From Eledone cirrhosa (taxonomy: Eukaryota): DNA of 64,000 nucleotides. Numbering within the stretch: the first letter of the stretch is position 1; every line of letters starts with the position of its first letter. The stretch is taken from assembly GCA_964016885.1 (NCBI GenBank), contig OZ024745.1:33542001-33606000 (forward strand). The letters are read 5' to 3'. The position numbers and the translations under genes are program-made. Below, one piece after another: positions 12,500 to 25,869 of this stretch. The notes under the pieces are model-generated. The model searched no databases. It was not told where the DNA came from and saw nothing but the letters and a program-made list of their open reading frames with translations.

Positions 12500-12830
12500 A
12501 GCACAAGTAGAAAGAGAGCAAAAGAAAAAGTCACTTTATGGACAAACATCAGAAAGACACAACAGGGCTGAAGGCAAATAAACACTGGAATTGGTTGTGT
12601 AAAGGAAATTTCAAGAGAGAAACAGAATACCTTCTGGTGACTGTCTTATATTATAACAAGTACTTAATACAAGTTCTATTAAGAAAAGCAGCTATCATGT
12701 GCATGGCAATAACAAATATTGTCTTTGTAGAGAGAATAAGTACTCCATTTGATCAGTGGCTATGAAATGCTAACCCTAAAAGCTTAATACTGTCATATGA
12801 AAGTGTGCTGCAGTCTTCATTGGCACCAGC
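12500..12830 (+). mobile_element. decayed R4/Dong-like non-LTR retrotransposon fragment
   Basis: HWNWLCKGNFKRETEYLL resembles the post-RT WL-x-KG-x-LKRETE motif; followed by a degenerate zinc-knuckle-like region. Confidence 0.45.
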
Positions 12831-13439
12831 TTTTAATTGAAAAGTTTCTGGAGAAAACACCAAGTCAAAATAACAAAACATAGCGTTTTAAAATCTAAAT
12901 GGTCCATACAACAATTTTTAAAGCAAAATTGATATCTATTTCTGCTGTTGGTACAGGAAAAATATAAGATCACCAATACAAGTGTTAAATATAAAAAACC
13001 ACCAATACAAGGGTTAAATATAAAAGACCACCAATAACAACAAATATAAAATTAAGAAAAATATAAGACCAAGAACAACAAACATTTTAAGGCCATTTTG
13101 CCTGCTAAAGCAGGCTCCATGACAAGCATCATATTCATCATGGGGTCCTTTTTGAAACAAGATTTTATAGCCAGATGTCCTTCCTGGTACCAACCAAGAT
13201 GGTACATACAAGTAAAATGTGGTCACCTGATTATTCTAGCCTCAGTATGTGACAATCCATCTAACCCTTGCAAGCATAGAAAATAGATGTTAAATGGTGA
13301 TAATGATGATATCTATGTATATAGATAAATATATATAGTATACTAGTGCATAGCTTGGAGATCAGAGAGTCACTCCAGATAGAGCCACTACGTCTCTGAA
13401 TTGAGTGATCACAGCTCTGATATTATGGGCATGTGGGTA

Positions 13440-13650
13440 GAATATCCCAGGAAAGAATCACTGGACAGATTTGACAGGCAAAACCAACCACCAGGATACC
13501 CAGTGGTAAACCCTGGGCAAGATTGTTGGATAACATCCATGAACTCAGCTGGTGTGGTTTGGGGATCCAGACAGATTAATTGGAGATGGTTGCTTCTGAC
13601 AGGACCTGCTGGAAGGAGTGTTTGAGGACTCTGCCCCCACAACCCTCTCA
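13440..13650 (+). mobile_element. old RTE-like LINE 3' fragment (second copy at ~43825-43980)
   Basis: dispersed repeat; decayed KPTGRR..GRP..W.D..W type C-terminus. Confidence 0.5.
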
Positions 13651-15942
13651 GGAATAAGTAGATGAAGAAGTATACCAGAACCATTTAACTAATTTAAAAT
13701 ATATTTAATGGAAAGTTCATAATATATTAACAATGTATCTCATCAGGTTATGTTGTCTACATAACTGTCATTACTTTCATTACAAATATGTCTTTGTGAA
13801 CATTTCTTGCATTATCTTAGTGCATTACAAATAGCACAGTTTTCACAATTGTTTTAGATTGCTGCCTTCTTCCACAGCTGGAAGATTGTAATAAGCAAAA
13901 GCTCAATCACTCCATCATAAACTGCTGTCTGTAAAAAGCATGGCAATGGCAAATGTAGGAAGACATTGTTTAGTTTGACAATACAAATAAATACATTTCT
14001 TTATTTCAGTTGCTCCAAAATGTCATTTTATATTTAACCCTTGTAACCAATCATAGAGTGAGTGGTGTTAGTGGTAGTGGTGGTGGTGGTGTTGGTGGCA
14101 TTGTTTTTTGTGGTGGTGGGGGACACAGTTATAGTTTTTAGTATTGATGCATGATAATTTTACTTTTCAGGATTGATATAATAATGATAATAACAACAAT
14201 AACAACAATAATAATAGTAATAACAATAATAATGGCAGTTGTTCCTATTGATTTCCCCATTAAAATCAAACATTGTTTCATCTCAAAACAATGGCATTTT
14301 ATGAGAAATCTCAAAGAGAGAGCAAAAAACAAAATGAAATAAAAAGCAAAAGCAAAAACAAAATGAAATAAAAAGCAAAAGCAAAAACAAAAAAAACCCA
14401 TTTGCTCCATAAATTTCCCAAATTCCAATCAGCTGTCTTCATCATCTCCTAAAAAACATTTGTTTTCCCTCATATTTTGTATGGATGATAACCAAGATTT
14501 ACAATGTATCTGTGATCTGATGGCTTTGAAGTACATATTTCTCTAACAATTGTCATTATGTATGTAATACACAATGGTTGTTCAGATATTAAATTTCAAA
14601 CTTCTTTTCAAATCTCTCCTGAAACAGATCAGTAACTCGACCTATTTCTTTCCTTCCTTTCTGTTTTTCTTTTCTCTAAGTTAAGGTTTCCTGTTTCGAC
14701 CAGTTTCACTTCTAGAATAAACCATTTGATTATCTGAAGCACATTAACTCTTTTATTGAATAAATGTCTTTCATCCTTTATATTTTCAAAAGCAATAGCA
14801 TAACAAGTTCAGTTTTATACACTTGTATGAGTGGTTTAGAAGTTCACTTCACAATCATAAGCTCTCAGGTATGATTCTACTGATGACATATTGGGCAAAT
14901 AAATGTCTTTACCACAGCTGTGGGTTGATGCAAGCCTTGGGTGTGAAATTAGTGCGGAAGCTCATTATATGGTTGCATCTTTGAATGACAGAAAATGATG
15001 CACAGATTGTTGACTTATAATACAACAAATCAAGTGTTTTAAGGTCATTTTCCTTGTTGAATCAGGTGTTAGTCTTGCAGGTACCATGACAAGAATCACC
15101 ATTTTACCCTATTGTCCACATCTCTTCTTGACCCCTGGATTTTATTTCCTCCATCTTCCTTATTGTTTGTTTTTCCCTCTTCCTCTACTTCCTTCTACAT
15201 TCACCCCCCCCCACTCCTCTCATACAGTCATTTTCATCTTTCATCAAAACATGACCCAAGTCCATGTCATTTCATTTCTCTTCACAACACTTATCACAGC
15301 AATTCAGGATGTTAAGAGTTAAAGAAACCAGTACAGACAGGTGTGCTACTTAATTTACATTTGTGAACCTTATAACACAAGACTCTGTGTGAACAAAGCC
15401 TTGGAGAAAAATTTGGTAAGTTACAACAAAGTTGTTTATGGCAATCTTCCTTGGGAAATGGGGCTTCCCTCAAAATTCAAGGTGATTGAGCAGAGTATAT
15501 AACCACATTGTAAAGTAGCTGTTTTGGTAATGTGACAAAAGTGCCCAGTCCACACTGTAAAGTGGTCATGTTGGTGTCATGATAAAAAGCGCCCAGTCCA
15601 CACTATAAAGGGGTTATGTTTGTGCCACAATAAAAGGCACCCAGTCCACACTGTAAATGTGGATGGTGTTGGGAAGGGCATCCGGATGTAGAAACCAAGC
15701 CAGAAACAGTTCTGTATGAGCAAGACACAGTCATCTGATCTAACTTGTTCATCCGTCTAACCCATGCTAGCAGGGAAAATGGATGTTCAACAGTGATGAT
15801 AATGATGATCAGATATTCACAGGACCCTCCATTGCTTTCTGGACCCCCAAAATCAAAGTGCCAACTGAAATCTATCTCATATAGGCCCTATATGCATAAA
15901 TATCTGTGCAAACGTTTATTAGTAATTGAAGTTTCTACTTAC

Positions 15943-16110
15943 TTTCTGATTTGCCTTTTGGAGATTGTTGAGAACTGATGACACTCGTTCATTAACAAGT
16001 AAAGTTAAACCAAACCAAGTGAAGTCACTAATAGTTCCTTCTTTTGGATATACCAGAGTTTGATCGGTCAGTAGTTGTTGACAGAGAGTGTGAAGATACT
16101 CTAGCTTTTC
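15943..16110 (-). CDS. CCDC171: CCDC171-like exon (EKLEYLHTLCQQL...LQKANQK), phase 0-0
   Basis: ctattttcaag|GAA acceptor, AAA|gtaagt donor, 168 nt; resembles CCDC171 EKLTFLHTLYQHL...FSW...LNRANEK (recalled). Confidence 0.9.
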
Positions 16111-16374
16111 CTTGAAAATAGAAGGGAAAAAAAACTGAACAAATTATATTAAAAATATTAACAGATAAAAAGTTGTCTTTGTTAATCTTTGCACACCTCA
16201 ACAACTCCTACTATTGTGTTGTGAGAAACCCTTCCATTATGTTGTGAGATGGCCAATTATTATGTTGTGAGCAAATCTTCCATTACATTGTGAGCCATCC
16301 TTTTATTATGTGAGCCATCCTTCCGATATGTTGTGTGGCACCCATTCTTTATGGGAATATTCTGCAATAAGAGC

Positions 16375-16582
16375 AGCTGCCATCTGCAACAGATGCATCT
16401 GTCATCTGCAACAAGTACATCTGTTATCTGCAACAGATGCATCTGTAACATGTACAACTGTCATCTGCACCAGATGCACCTGCCCTCTGCAACAAGTACA
16501 TCTGTCATCTGCAACAGATACATCTGTCATCTGCAACTGGTGCAGCTGTTATCTGCAACAGATACAACTGTCCCCTGCAACA
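16375..16582. repeat. 22-bp minisatellite, about 9 copies
   Basis: unit ctgtcatctgcaacagatgcat; a different ~22-bp degenerate repeat (tatgttgtgagccatcc) lies at 16210-16340. Confidence 0.9.
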
Positions 16583-16655
16583 TCTTGAGCAAATATTTTC
16601 TCTTATATTCTTGGGTTGATCAATGACTTGTGAGTGAAATTGGTAGATGGAAGTT

Positions 16656-16690
<35 letters not shown>

Positions 16691-16888
16691 CTTGATATAT
16701 GAAGTTCAGTGGAACAAACATTGTATTAAAAGAAGGATAAAATATATAAAATAATTAAAACAACAACAAAAGTAATTGTTGGCATAAAAAAAGGTATCCA
16801 GCCACAGAATACTTCCTAAAAAGTCTTAGCTAATTCATGTCAGCATGGAAAAGTGGACATTAAAAAAAAATAATATTGGCCAACCTAC

Positions 16889-16927
16889 CTCATTTTCTTT
16901 CTTATGATTTGCCTTCAAATTCACAAT
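16889..16927 (-). CDS. CCDC171: CCDC171-like 39-nt micro-exon (IVNLKANHKKENE), phase 0-0
   Basis: ttttttaataaag|ATT acceptor, GAG|gtaggt donor; fills the 13-aa gap before EKLEYLH. Confidence 0.75.
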
Positions 16928-18689
16928 CTTTATTAAAAAAATAGAAAAATGGGGAATAATCATAACGGTAAGAATCACAATTTAAACAGAATAGTAATTT
17001 TTATACTTATCATAAGGTTTTCTTTTTGAAAAGGATGATGGGGATAAAGCTAGTGATGAATGATATGAGTAGAAATTGAATGATATGAGTAGAAATTGAA
17101 TGATATGAGTAGAAATTGAATGAGATGTTTGAGTCATGTGTTGAGGAAGGATGAAAGTGACAGGTTGAGAGGAGTGATGAAAACGAATGTGGAAGGAAGT
17201 AGAGGGAGGAGAAGACAATGAAAGACATGGCTAAAGATGGAGGAGGGACTGAAAGTCAGGGTGTTGGTGAGAGGAATGTAGATGATAGGATAAAATGAAG
17301 AATTTTGTCATGGGTCCTGCAAGGTTAACCTCTGCTTTAGCAGAGAAAACGGCACTTCATTCTTAACTATCTTATTACTCAAACCTCAGAGAAATACTCC
17401 TGAACAAAGACCCACCTGTATCTACATCTCACAACACCTTTGATATATCTCACCTAGTCAAGCCCTGCACTAACAATTTTTTCCTTCCATTTCTTCCTCT
17501 CCAGAAAGTTAACCTTTTGGAATTCTCCCCTCCCCTATGTTTATGTTTAAGAAAAACACCAACTGTATCAATACCACTAATTTAGAGAGCCTGCAAAGGC
17601 CCTGGACATTGCTATCTCCTTTTGACAAAATCATACCCTACCTCACCTTCCATGAAAATGAAAGTAACCATAGATTGGAATATATCATTCTGTAGTTAAG
17701 AAAAAGGAAATTTCTTTTTTTAGTGACTCGTGATGGCGACAAGACAAAAAGCACCCAGCCCACACTGTTAAGTGGTTGCATAGGCACCAGAAAATGAACT
17801 AAAAACACTTAAACTCTTCAGTCCCAAACTAGATATTATATATAAAATCAGCCCACACTACATAGTTGTTATGGTGACATCATCATCATCATCATCATAA
17901 TTTTATGCCTGCTTTCCACACTGGAATGGGTTGGACAGGTTGTCATGGTCAAATACCAGATGGGACCCAATGGGTTGGAGTGACCCCATCTTGCTCATAC
18001 ATTCCATATTTAGCATATTTAGCATGAATTATATGGTTAGATGCCCATTATAATGCCAACCACCTTACAGGGTGAGGATTTTTATGAAACTATTACTACC
18101 ACTTTACAGAGTGTACTGAGTGCATGTCATCATGGCACCAAAACTAGAGAGGTTGTCACAAAGTCGACCAGACTGAAGGGTTCTCTCAAACCCTAGAATG
18201 TCTCCTGACATAACAATAAATAACAGGAAAGAAGAAAAAAAAACACATTCTTCTAATAACTGGACAGCTTATGACAAGGTATCAAAAGGACAGACATGTA
18301 TATATCAGGGTCTTCTCTCCTGTCAGGCTACTAATTTTTCTTGGGTGCCTCTAAACGGTTGCCTGTGTTGAAAAGACAAAACAGAACCCCAACAAATAAA
18401 AAAAAACAATAACAACAACAACAAAAATGGCCAAATCCCCCTCAAATAACATCCTACATTCTTAAAGTAAGAAAGACATACATTAGATAATGCAATTTTA
18501 GATATAATATGTTTAAATAAAAGCTGAGATGCCTTTGATCACAGAACTGACCTGAGGCTAAACAACAATTCTATAGACTTGATATAGATCTATTGAATTA
18601 ATGAGAAACATTCAAAATAGTCACTGGAACTGCTGAAATTGCAGCCACTTCACCATCAAATCACATTGTGTTTCAGAGGAATACAAAGT

Positions 18690-18921
18690 AGTGTGCAGGA
18701 GAGGAGACTGTGTTGGTACAGGCATGCGATGATGATTGCTGGGTGAAGAAGTGGAAGAAAGCCGCAGTAGAGGTAGACAGAGGAAGACCTGGGAAGAGGT
18801 GGTGAGAGCTGACTTCACAGAAGAAATGACAAAGGAACGTGGTGAGTGGAGAGATGCTGTGCAGAGAAGGACCCACCAACTCATGCAATCATGGAAAAAC
18901 AGATGTAAAAATGATGATGAT
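18690..18921 (+). mobile_element. RTE LINE family B 3' fragment
   Basis: RSRGRQRKTWEEVVRAD...WRDAV, (GAT)n tail; tail-to-tail with the next element. Confidence 0.8.
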
Positions 18922-18924
18922 ATA

Positions 18925-19791
18925 TCATCATCACTGTTTTATGTCCATTCTTCCACGCTAACATGGGTTAGACGGGTTGTCCTGTTGTGCACAATGCAAG
19001 GTCAGGCGACCATGTCTTGCTCATACAGAACTGATTTTGGCTTGATTTCTACAGCTGGATGCCCTTCCTAACACCAACCTCATTTACAGTGAGTACTGGG
19101 TGCTTTTTACTGTGGTGCCTGCACGACCACTCTACAGTGTGGACTGGGTCCTTTTTGTCATGACACCTACACAACCTCTTTACAGTAGGAGGTGGGTAGG
19201 GGCATATTGTCTATATGCTTCAGCTTGTACCCGTGGGAAGTTGGGTCTTCTGTTTTACTGCGTAACGCCAGAGGTCTCAGTCCTGTGTTATCGCCTTGGA
19301 GAGGTGCAATTGGGCAAGGTCAGCTTTTATCACCTCATACCAGGTTTTCTTGCATCTCCCCACCCCAAGACTTCCTTCGACTTTTAGTGCTCTGCACCTT
19401 TTTATGCAGTTGTCATCCTTCATACACATCACATGTGAATACCAACATAATCTCTCCTGCACACACTATTTGATTCCTCTTATGCTTAGTCTCTCTCAAT
19501 TTGTTTATGCTTTAACATTTGCGTATATTACTATTACACATCCATCGGAGCATACAAGCTTCATTTCTTTCTAATCTAAGCAAGTCTTCTGCACACAATC
19601 CCCAGGTATCACTACCATGTAACATAGCTGTTCGTATGGACACATAATACAGTCTGCCTTTCATTTTGAGGGAAAAGCCTTTCGCAGCTAGCAGTGTCAG
19701 TACTGAACTTCTTCCAGCCATTTACTGCTACATGTAAAGCCTACATTCTTAACTAAACTTCCTGAGATCCCACTACATCTCTTGTGTACCC
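18925..19791 (-). mobile_element. RTE LINE family A 3' fragment with internal deletion
   Basis: colinear with 57951-58985; KGFSLKMKGRLY..AMLHGSDTW; long 3' UTR. Confidence 0.85.
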
Positions 19792-19819
19792 CCTCCAAAA
19801 ATATATATATAAATTTTTT

Positions 19820-19947
19820 TTTTCTGAGGAGATGGTGAGATGGATCTACGATATTGAGACTAGAAATAGGTGGTGGCATAACTGATACCAATTAGTCAAT
19901 ATATCGACTTACCATGATTAATCAATCCTCCGAAACAATTGTAAAAC
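19820..19947 (+). ncRNA. minimal type I hammerhead ribozyme-like motif with long loop II
   Basis: ttt CTGAGGA G...C GAAAC AATT GTA aaa: canonical core boxes, palindromic loop III, GUA site; stems I and II are weak. Confidence 0.5.
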
Positions 19948-20950
19948 AATGAAGTGATTAAGAACCTATCTTTGACTTTTGTTTTATTTTTATTGTTTAA
20001 CACACACATACGCACACACAACTGTAGCTTGATTAGAATCTTCGACAGGATCTTATGTGATGGAACCTATGACAAAAACAAGAGTTCTTACCACATGATC
20101 TTGATAAAATAATCTCAAGACTGCATTGAGTTCTAACAATGCTTCTGGCCCCACCACAAACAGGTGGATACCAGTATATATATATATACATCATCATCAT
20201 CATCATCATCATCACAATCTATATTTCATCTGCCTGTCACACACCCTGTGGATTGTCTTTCTGTTGACCACTGGCTGCTGGTCTTTGTCCTTTCAGGCAT
20301 TTTTGCCCATCGCTGTCTTTGACAGTATTTAGCTGTTTTAACGACTGTTCTATCGATGAGTTTTCTCATTTTTATATGTATTCAAATATACTCTTGCTTT
20401 GTCTCGATCAGAGACAACATTGTTTTTATATATATATATATAAAGGATGATCATGGTTGGAATAAATCTAATCAGAGATTTGTTTGACAAGGGCTGATAT
20501 TGGGGCTAAAGAACAATAACAATATTTAAAAATAATAAAAAAAAAATGTTTCTGTTTTTTTAATATGGGTTGAATAATTTTGTAAATGTATATATTTTCA
20601 TTAGTTGGAGGAACATAATATGATAATGAGAATGATCTCATCAGTATTACAGCTACCATCATTTCCTAGCTGGGAAATAAAAGCTTAACCTCTAAAGTGG
20701 AATGTTTCAGTACAAAATTACATTCTCATTAACTGGAGGAAATTGAGAGGAAATAGACAGAAATCCTGCATTTTTATCCACATTTTAAAAATTATTTTTA
20801 TTCGCTATTTTAATAATACATTTTTTGTTAATATATTTTTTGTTAATATATTTTTTGTTAATATAGGAGAGAGAATTCTGCCAAACTGCTACCTAATTAT
20901 TATCTCCCTTGAACTATCAACACCAACTCTACACAGGCTTCGCTTTACAT

Positions 20951-21354
20951 CAGTGGTTTCAAAACTTATTTTGTTGTTGAACCAATGGCGTATTTCTGAG
21001 GGTGAGTGGGAGTGCAGCTGCATCTCCCAAAACTTGTTGTTGGCAAAATTAGTCATTTTTGTCAGGAAATTATGAATGTCTGCAACCCCAAAATGATAGG
21101 AGCAATACACCTATGTGTTGACTATACAATTTCCCCAAATCCTATACATTTACAGAAAAATCGCCACCACTACTACTTTAATAAGACATTAAATTAAATA
21201 AAAATTGTTTTAGAGAGAGAATATATTAAATATTCATAAAAATATTAAACAAAAGACAATGAATTTTTAATTAAATTTTATTAAAAGATACTTTAACTTG
21301 TGGAATTTTTTGTGGAACCATGGGGTTCCTTGGAATCCATTCTGGGAAACAACG
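20951..21354. mobile_element. decayed hAT non-autonomous element
   Basis: cagtggtttcaaaact left end, ggggttcc..gggaaacaacg right end, imperfect 8-bp TSD ctttacat/ttctacat; minus-strand EMQLHSH resembles a Charlie transposase terminus. Confidence 0.45.
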
Positions 21355-22177
21355 TTCTACATAAACCACAAAGGAATGAAGGAAATCACTCTAGTGTCAT
21401 CTTAAATTTGAGGCCACGATATACTAGATAGGGGTTATACTTTTAGAATACATGGAAGACTATGAGGAGGGATGGTTGTGAGAGTATCATTATCATCATC
21501 ATCATCATTTAACATCTGTTCTTCTATGTTGTTATTGGTTGAACAGATCATCACATGTTCAAGTCAGTACTTAATCAGAGTTACTCAGATGGGCTGGGAA
21601 TGGTGGTGTGGTGTCACATCTTACTTAACATATGTTCTACTAAAATAATTGTTTTAGCAGATTATAAGATTTAGTTCTAAATAGTTCTAAGATGAAATGT
21701 CACCAAAATTAACTTTCATTTATATTACTCTTACATAGCCATGTCAGAGTGACTAAGTGCTGCTGGAAACAAGTGATCTATAATGTGTTATATGATTAGT
21801 GACTAAACTGACACCTCTATCAGGCTAATTTTGTGAGGAAAGCTCTAGAATTCCAACAGGACAAATATAAAACCTGTCAAAAGGCTGGGTAAACTTAGCA
21901 TTGCGTCAATGACAATCTAGCAAGAAGTAGATGAGAAAAAATACTTGAGATGATAAATACCCACCATTTTTAGTAGCATTAAAAAAAATATTTCAAAATC
22001 TGTAAATAAAATAAAAAATGACTTTACATAAAGTGCTCCTTTTACAGGCTGCCATGAAAAGGGTGATTCCCAAGAACTTTTTATTTTCTTCTTTGTAAAT
22101 AGTGTATCATAGATTTTTTTCTTTGTGTACCTTCTTTTATATTTCAAATTTATACACAGCTTTGAAATAAATAATAA

Positions 22178-22365
22178 TTATTTCTACTTTTGGAACAAGG
22201 CCAGCAATTATCTCAGTGCATTACTGGTACTTTATTTTATCGACCTGGTAAGGATGAAAGGCAAAGTTAACCTCAGTGGGATTTGAACTCACACTGAAAA
22301 GGGCCGTAACTCTATGCTGCAAAGCATATTTTCCGATGCTCTACCGATACTACCAATTCACTATG
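22178..22365 (-). mobile_element. tRNA-derived SINE family 2 (other copies 24565-24742, 32172-32330, 49243-49400, 54066-54172)
   Basis: reverse strand reads tRNA-like head gagttcaaatccc plus core ttaactttgcctttcatccttac; two copies show 11-bp TSDs (tcccaaataat; aacaaaataat). Confidence 0.75.
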
Positions 22366-23054
22366 AATAATAATAATAATAAAAAAAAGGTGAATAAGCA
22401 TGCTATAAGATGACTGGGAATGGACTCTTGAGTTCTTGTCTGAACATCTGTCTAGAGGATGGGTAGATAGGGCTCCTCAGCTGTATTGGTGGTAACCTAT
22501 CTGCAGTGCCTTGCTGTCTTGTGAGAGAAAGACTAAAGAGGTAAACCCTGAGAGAAAAAAACCAGCTGTGAAAGTTAGTTTACCTCTTTGGTTATGAAAT
22601 ACACTACCTATGTGTTTCAATTACTTCTGAAAATCATACAAAAATTGGGAGAAATTTAATAAAATAATTACCCTTTTGTTTTTAACATTACTTAAAAATG
22701 TCTTTAAAAAGAAATTTTGATGGAGGGTTTTGATATAAATATGAATATTTTAAAGTTGGGGTGTTTTGTATCATAAAAGCAGGAATATTACAGGCAGTTT
22801 AGTATCAAAAGAGTTAAGGTTGTTTCTGACAGACTGTATTTCTGGCAGCCTCCTGGAGGTACTGGTTGTCTTAAGGTATCTTTGCCATTGGAACCATCTT
22901 TTTCACAGCAAAATTGGTGATATTCAGAAATACATACACTCACTGCCACTATAAAGCTTTCTTGTATAGGTACCTTCTTCCACAATGTAATGTAGAACAC
23001 AGATCTTGGGTCACAGGGTTGGTTATTGTTGCACACTTCTTCCAATTATGTACC

Positions 23055-24553
23055 GTATTCTCCGAGTTATGTGTGCCTCATTCTCCGAGTTATGTGTGCC
23101 TCATTCTCCCAGTTATGTGTGTCACATTCTCCCAGATATTAGCTCCATTCTCGAGTTATGTGTGCCTCATTCTCCCAGTTATGTGTGCCTCATTCTCCCA
23201 GTTATGTGTGTCACATTCTCCCAGATATTAGCTCCATTCTCCAGTTATGTGCCTCATTCTGCCAGATATGAGCCTCATTCTTCCAGATATTAGCTCCATT
23301 CTCCAGTTATGTGCCTCATTCTCCCAGATATGAGCCCCATTCTTCTAGATATGAGCCTCATTTTCCAGATATGAGCCTCATTCTCCCAGATATGAGCCTC
23401 ATTCTTCTAGATATGAGCCTCATTTTCCAGATATGAGCCTCATTCTCCCAGATATGGGCCTCATTCTTCCAGATATTAGCTCCATTCTCCAGTTATGTGC
23501 CTCATTCTCCCAGATATGAGCCTCATTCTTCTAGATATGAGCCTCATTTTCCAAGATATGAGCCTCATTCTTCTAGATATGAGCCTCATTTTCCAGATAT
23601 GAGCCTCATTCTCCCAGATATGAGCCTCATTATTCCAGATATTAGCTCCATTCTCCAGTTATGTGCCTAATTCTTCCAGATATGAGCCTCATTCTCCCAG
23701 ATATGAGCCTCATTCTTCTAGATATGAGCCTCATTTTCCAGATATGAGCCTCATTCTCCCAGATATGGGCCTCATTCTTCCAGATATTAGCTCCATTCTC
23801 CAGTTATGTGCCTCATTCTCCCAGATATGAGCCTCATTCTTCTAGATATGAGCCTCATTTTCCAGATATGAGCCTCATTCTCCCAGATATGGGCCTCATT
23901 CTTCCAGATATTAGCTCCATTCTCCAGTTATGTGCCTCATTCTCCCAGATATGAGCCTCATTCTTCTAGATATGAGCCTCATTCTTCTAGATATGAGCCT
24001 CATTCTTCTAGATATGAGCCTCATTCTCCCAGATATGAGCCTCATTCTTCCAGATATTAGCTCCATTCTCCAGTTATGTGCCTAATTCTTCCAGATATGA
24101 GCCTCATTCTTCTAGATATGAGCCTCATTCTTCTAGATATGAGCCTCATTTTCCAGATATGAGCCTCATTCTCCCAGATATGGGCCTCATTCTTCCAGAT
24201 ATTAGCTCCATTCTCCAGTTATGTGCCTCATTCTCCCAGATATGAGCTTCATTCTTCTAGATATGAGCCTCATTTTCCAGATATGAGCCTCATTCTCCCA
24301 GTTATGTGCTTCACTCACCCAGTCATGTACTTCATTTCCCCAGTCATCTGTACCTCATTCTCCTAGTCATGTGTAACTCATTCTCCTAGTCATGTGTAAC
24401 TCATTCTCCCAGTCATGTACTTCATTCTCCCAGTCATGTGCCCCATTCTCCCAGTCATGTGCCCCATTCTCCCAGTCATGTGCCCCATTCTCCCTGTCAT
24501 GTACCTCATTCTCCCAGTTATGTGCCACATACTCCCAGTTACGTGCCACATAG
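23055..24553. repeat. 1.5-kb minisatellite of 19-23 bp units with variant blocks
   Basis: core cagatatgagcctcattctcc with interspersed variants gatattagctccattctcca, gttatgtgcc, gtcatgtgcccc. Confidence 0.95.
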
Positions 24554-25330
24554 TCCCAAATAATTGTTTCTACTATTGGCACAAGGCCAGCAATTACTGC
24601 TGCTTTATTTTATTGACCCCGTAATGATGAAAGGTAAAGTTAACCTCAGTGGGATTTGAACTGAGGACGCAAAGGGCCATAATGCTATGCTGCAAAGCAT
24701 GGTGTCTCATGCTTTACCGATAATGCCAATCCACCACTCTTACTCCCAAATAATATAATTTCAACATATAGTTTGGTAACCTAGTTTTTGAGACTTCTTG
24801 CTCTGACTACACTAGAAAATTACTAGGCCTGCATTTTCCACTACATAGTCCACACTCACCCACACAAAATTATGTGACAAGTTATAACACCGTTTGATGC
24901 TCTCCATTGCTGCAAGGATGTTTAGTGATTTATTTATTGATTGTAGGAAATTATTATATATTTAATTCAAATTTGTATAAGACTGTGATCCTTTAATGTT
25001 CAGTAATGCACCTCTCTGATGGCTGTGCCCTAGGCAACTGCCTATTTGGTTTTAATGGTAGCACAAGCCCCGAGTATTACACATATTTGTGATGATGAAA
25101 TACCACCACTTCTATAATTTCCTCACTTGAGAGGATACATGGTAGATGTAGCATAGATGGTAGCATTTGTGATTCTCCAGGTATACATGTAGGAGCATCT
25201 TCTTTAAGGAGTTCAGTCATCGAAGGATCCACAATTGAAGGGGGAGATAGATTGAGATATGAAGTCATTGAAGGCTCCACAATTGAGAAGATGGTCATCA
25301 TCAAATTTGATAAACAATCATTAGCATTAA

Positions 25331-25538
25331 CCCTTTAGCATTCACATTACTCTATATATACTATTATATTTTCATGGTAAATGAAAATAATTATCTCACA
25401 TAATATCGAATCTATGAGATTTTGAAAGTATTTATTTTGAGAACAATACCTTAACATCAGTTTCAACAGTTACAGCCAGTTTCAACAGAAAAAGGTAGAG
25501 AATTCTGGCCAGTTTTGGCCGGTTTGTACAGTAAAGGG
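25331..25538. mobile_element. piggyBac-type MITE
   Basis: TTAA|cccttta ... taaaggg|TTAA; homologous copy at 31443-31663. Confidence 0.8.
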
Positions 25539-25869
25539 TTAACACAGAATAATACACAGGTTCATTTCAACCAATGGAAAACATCAGAATGGGGTGGGAG
25601 ACGAAGTCAGATATTAGAATACTTAAGAAATTATTCTAATATTAATTGTAAACCAGAATAATAATTAATTGTCATTGTCAAGAAATATTACTTTATAGAA
25701 AGGCATGAGAGTATATATATATAGTAAAGTGGTTGGCATTAGCAAGTGCATCTAGCTGTAGAAACCATGTGAACAAGATGTGGACATCTGGACATCTGAC
25801 CTGTCTAATCTCAGAAGCCAGAACCTACCCAAATATTGTGGAACATGAATGTAAAACAGCGCTGTTGAT

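Noticed and set aside
22130-22158. Extra CCDC171 micro-exon
   Set aside because: Has AG/GT borders but a TAA stop in the required frame; flanking exons already join in phase.
22914-24624. Repetitive protein ORFs
   Set aside because: By-products of the minisatellite; unit lengths vary and shift the frame.
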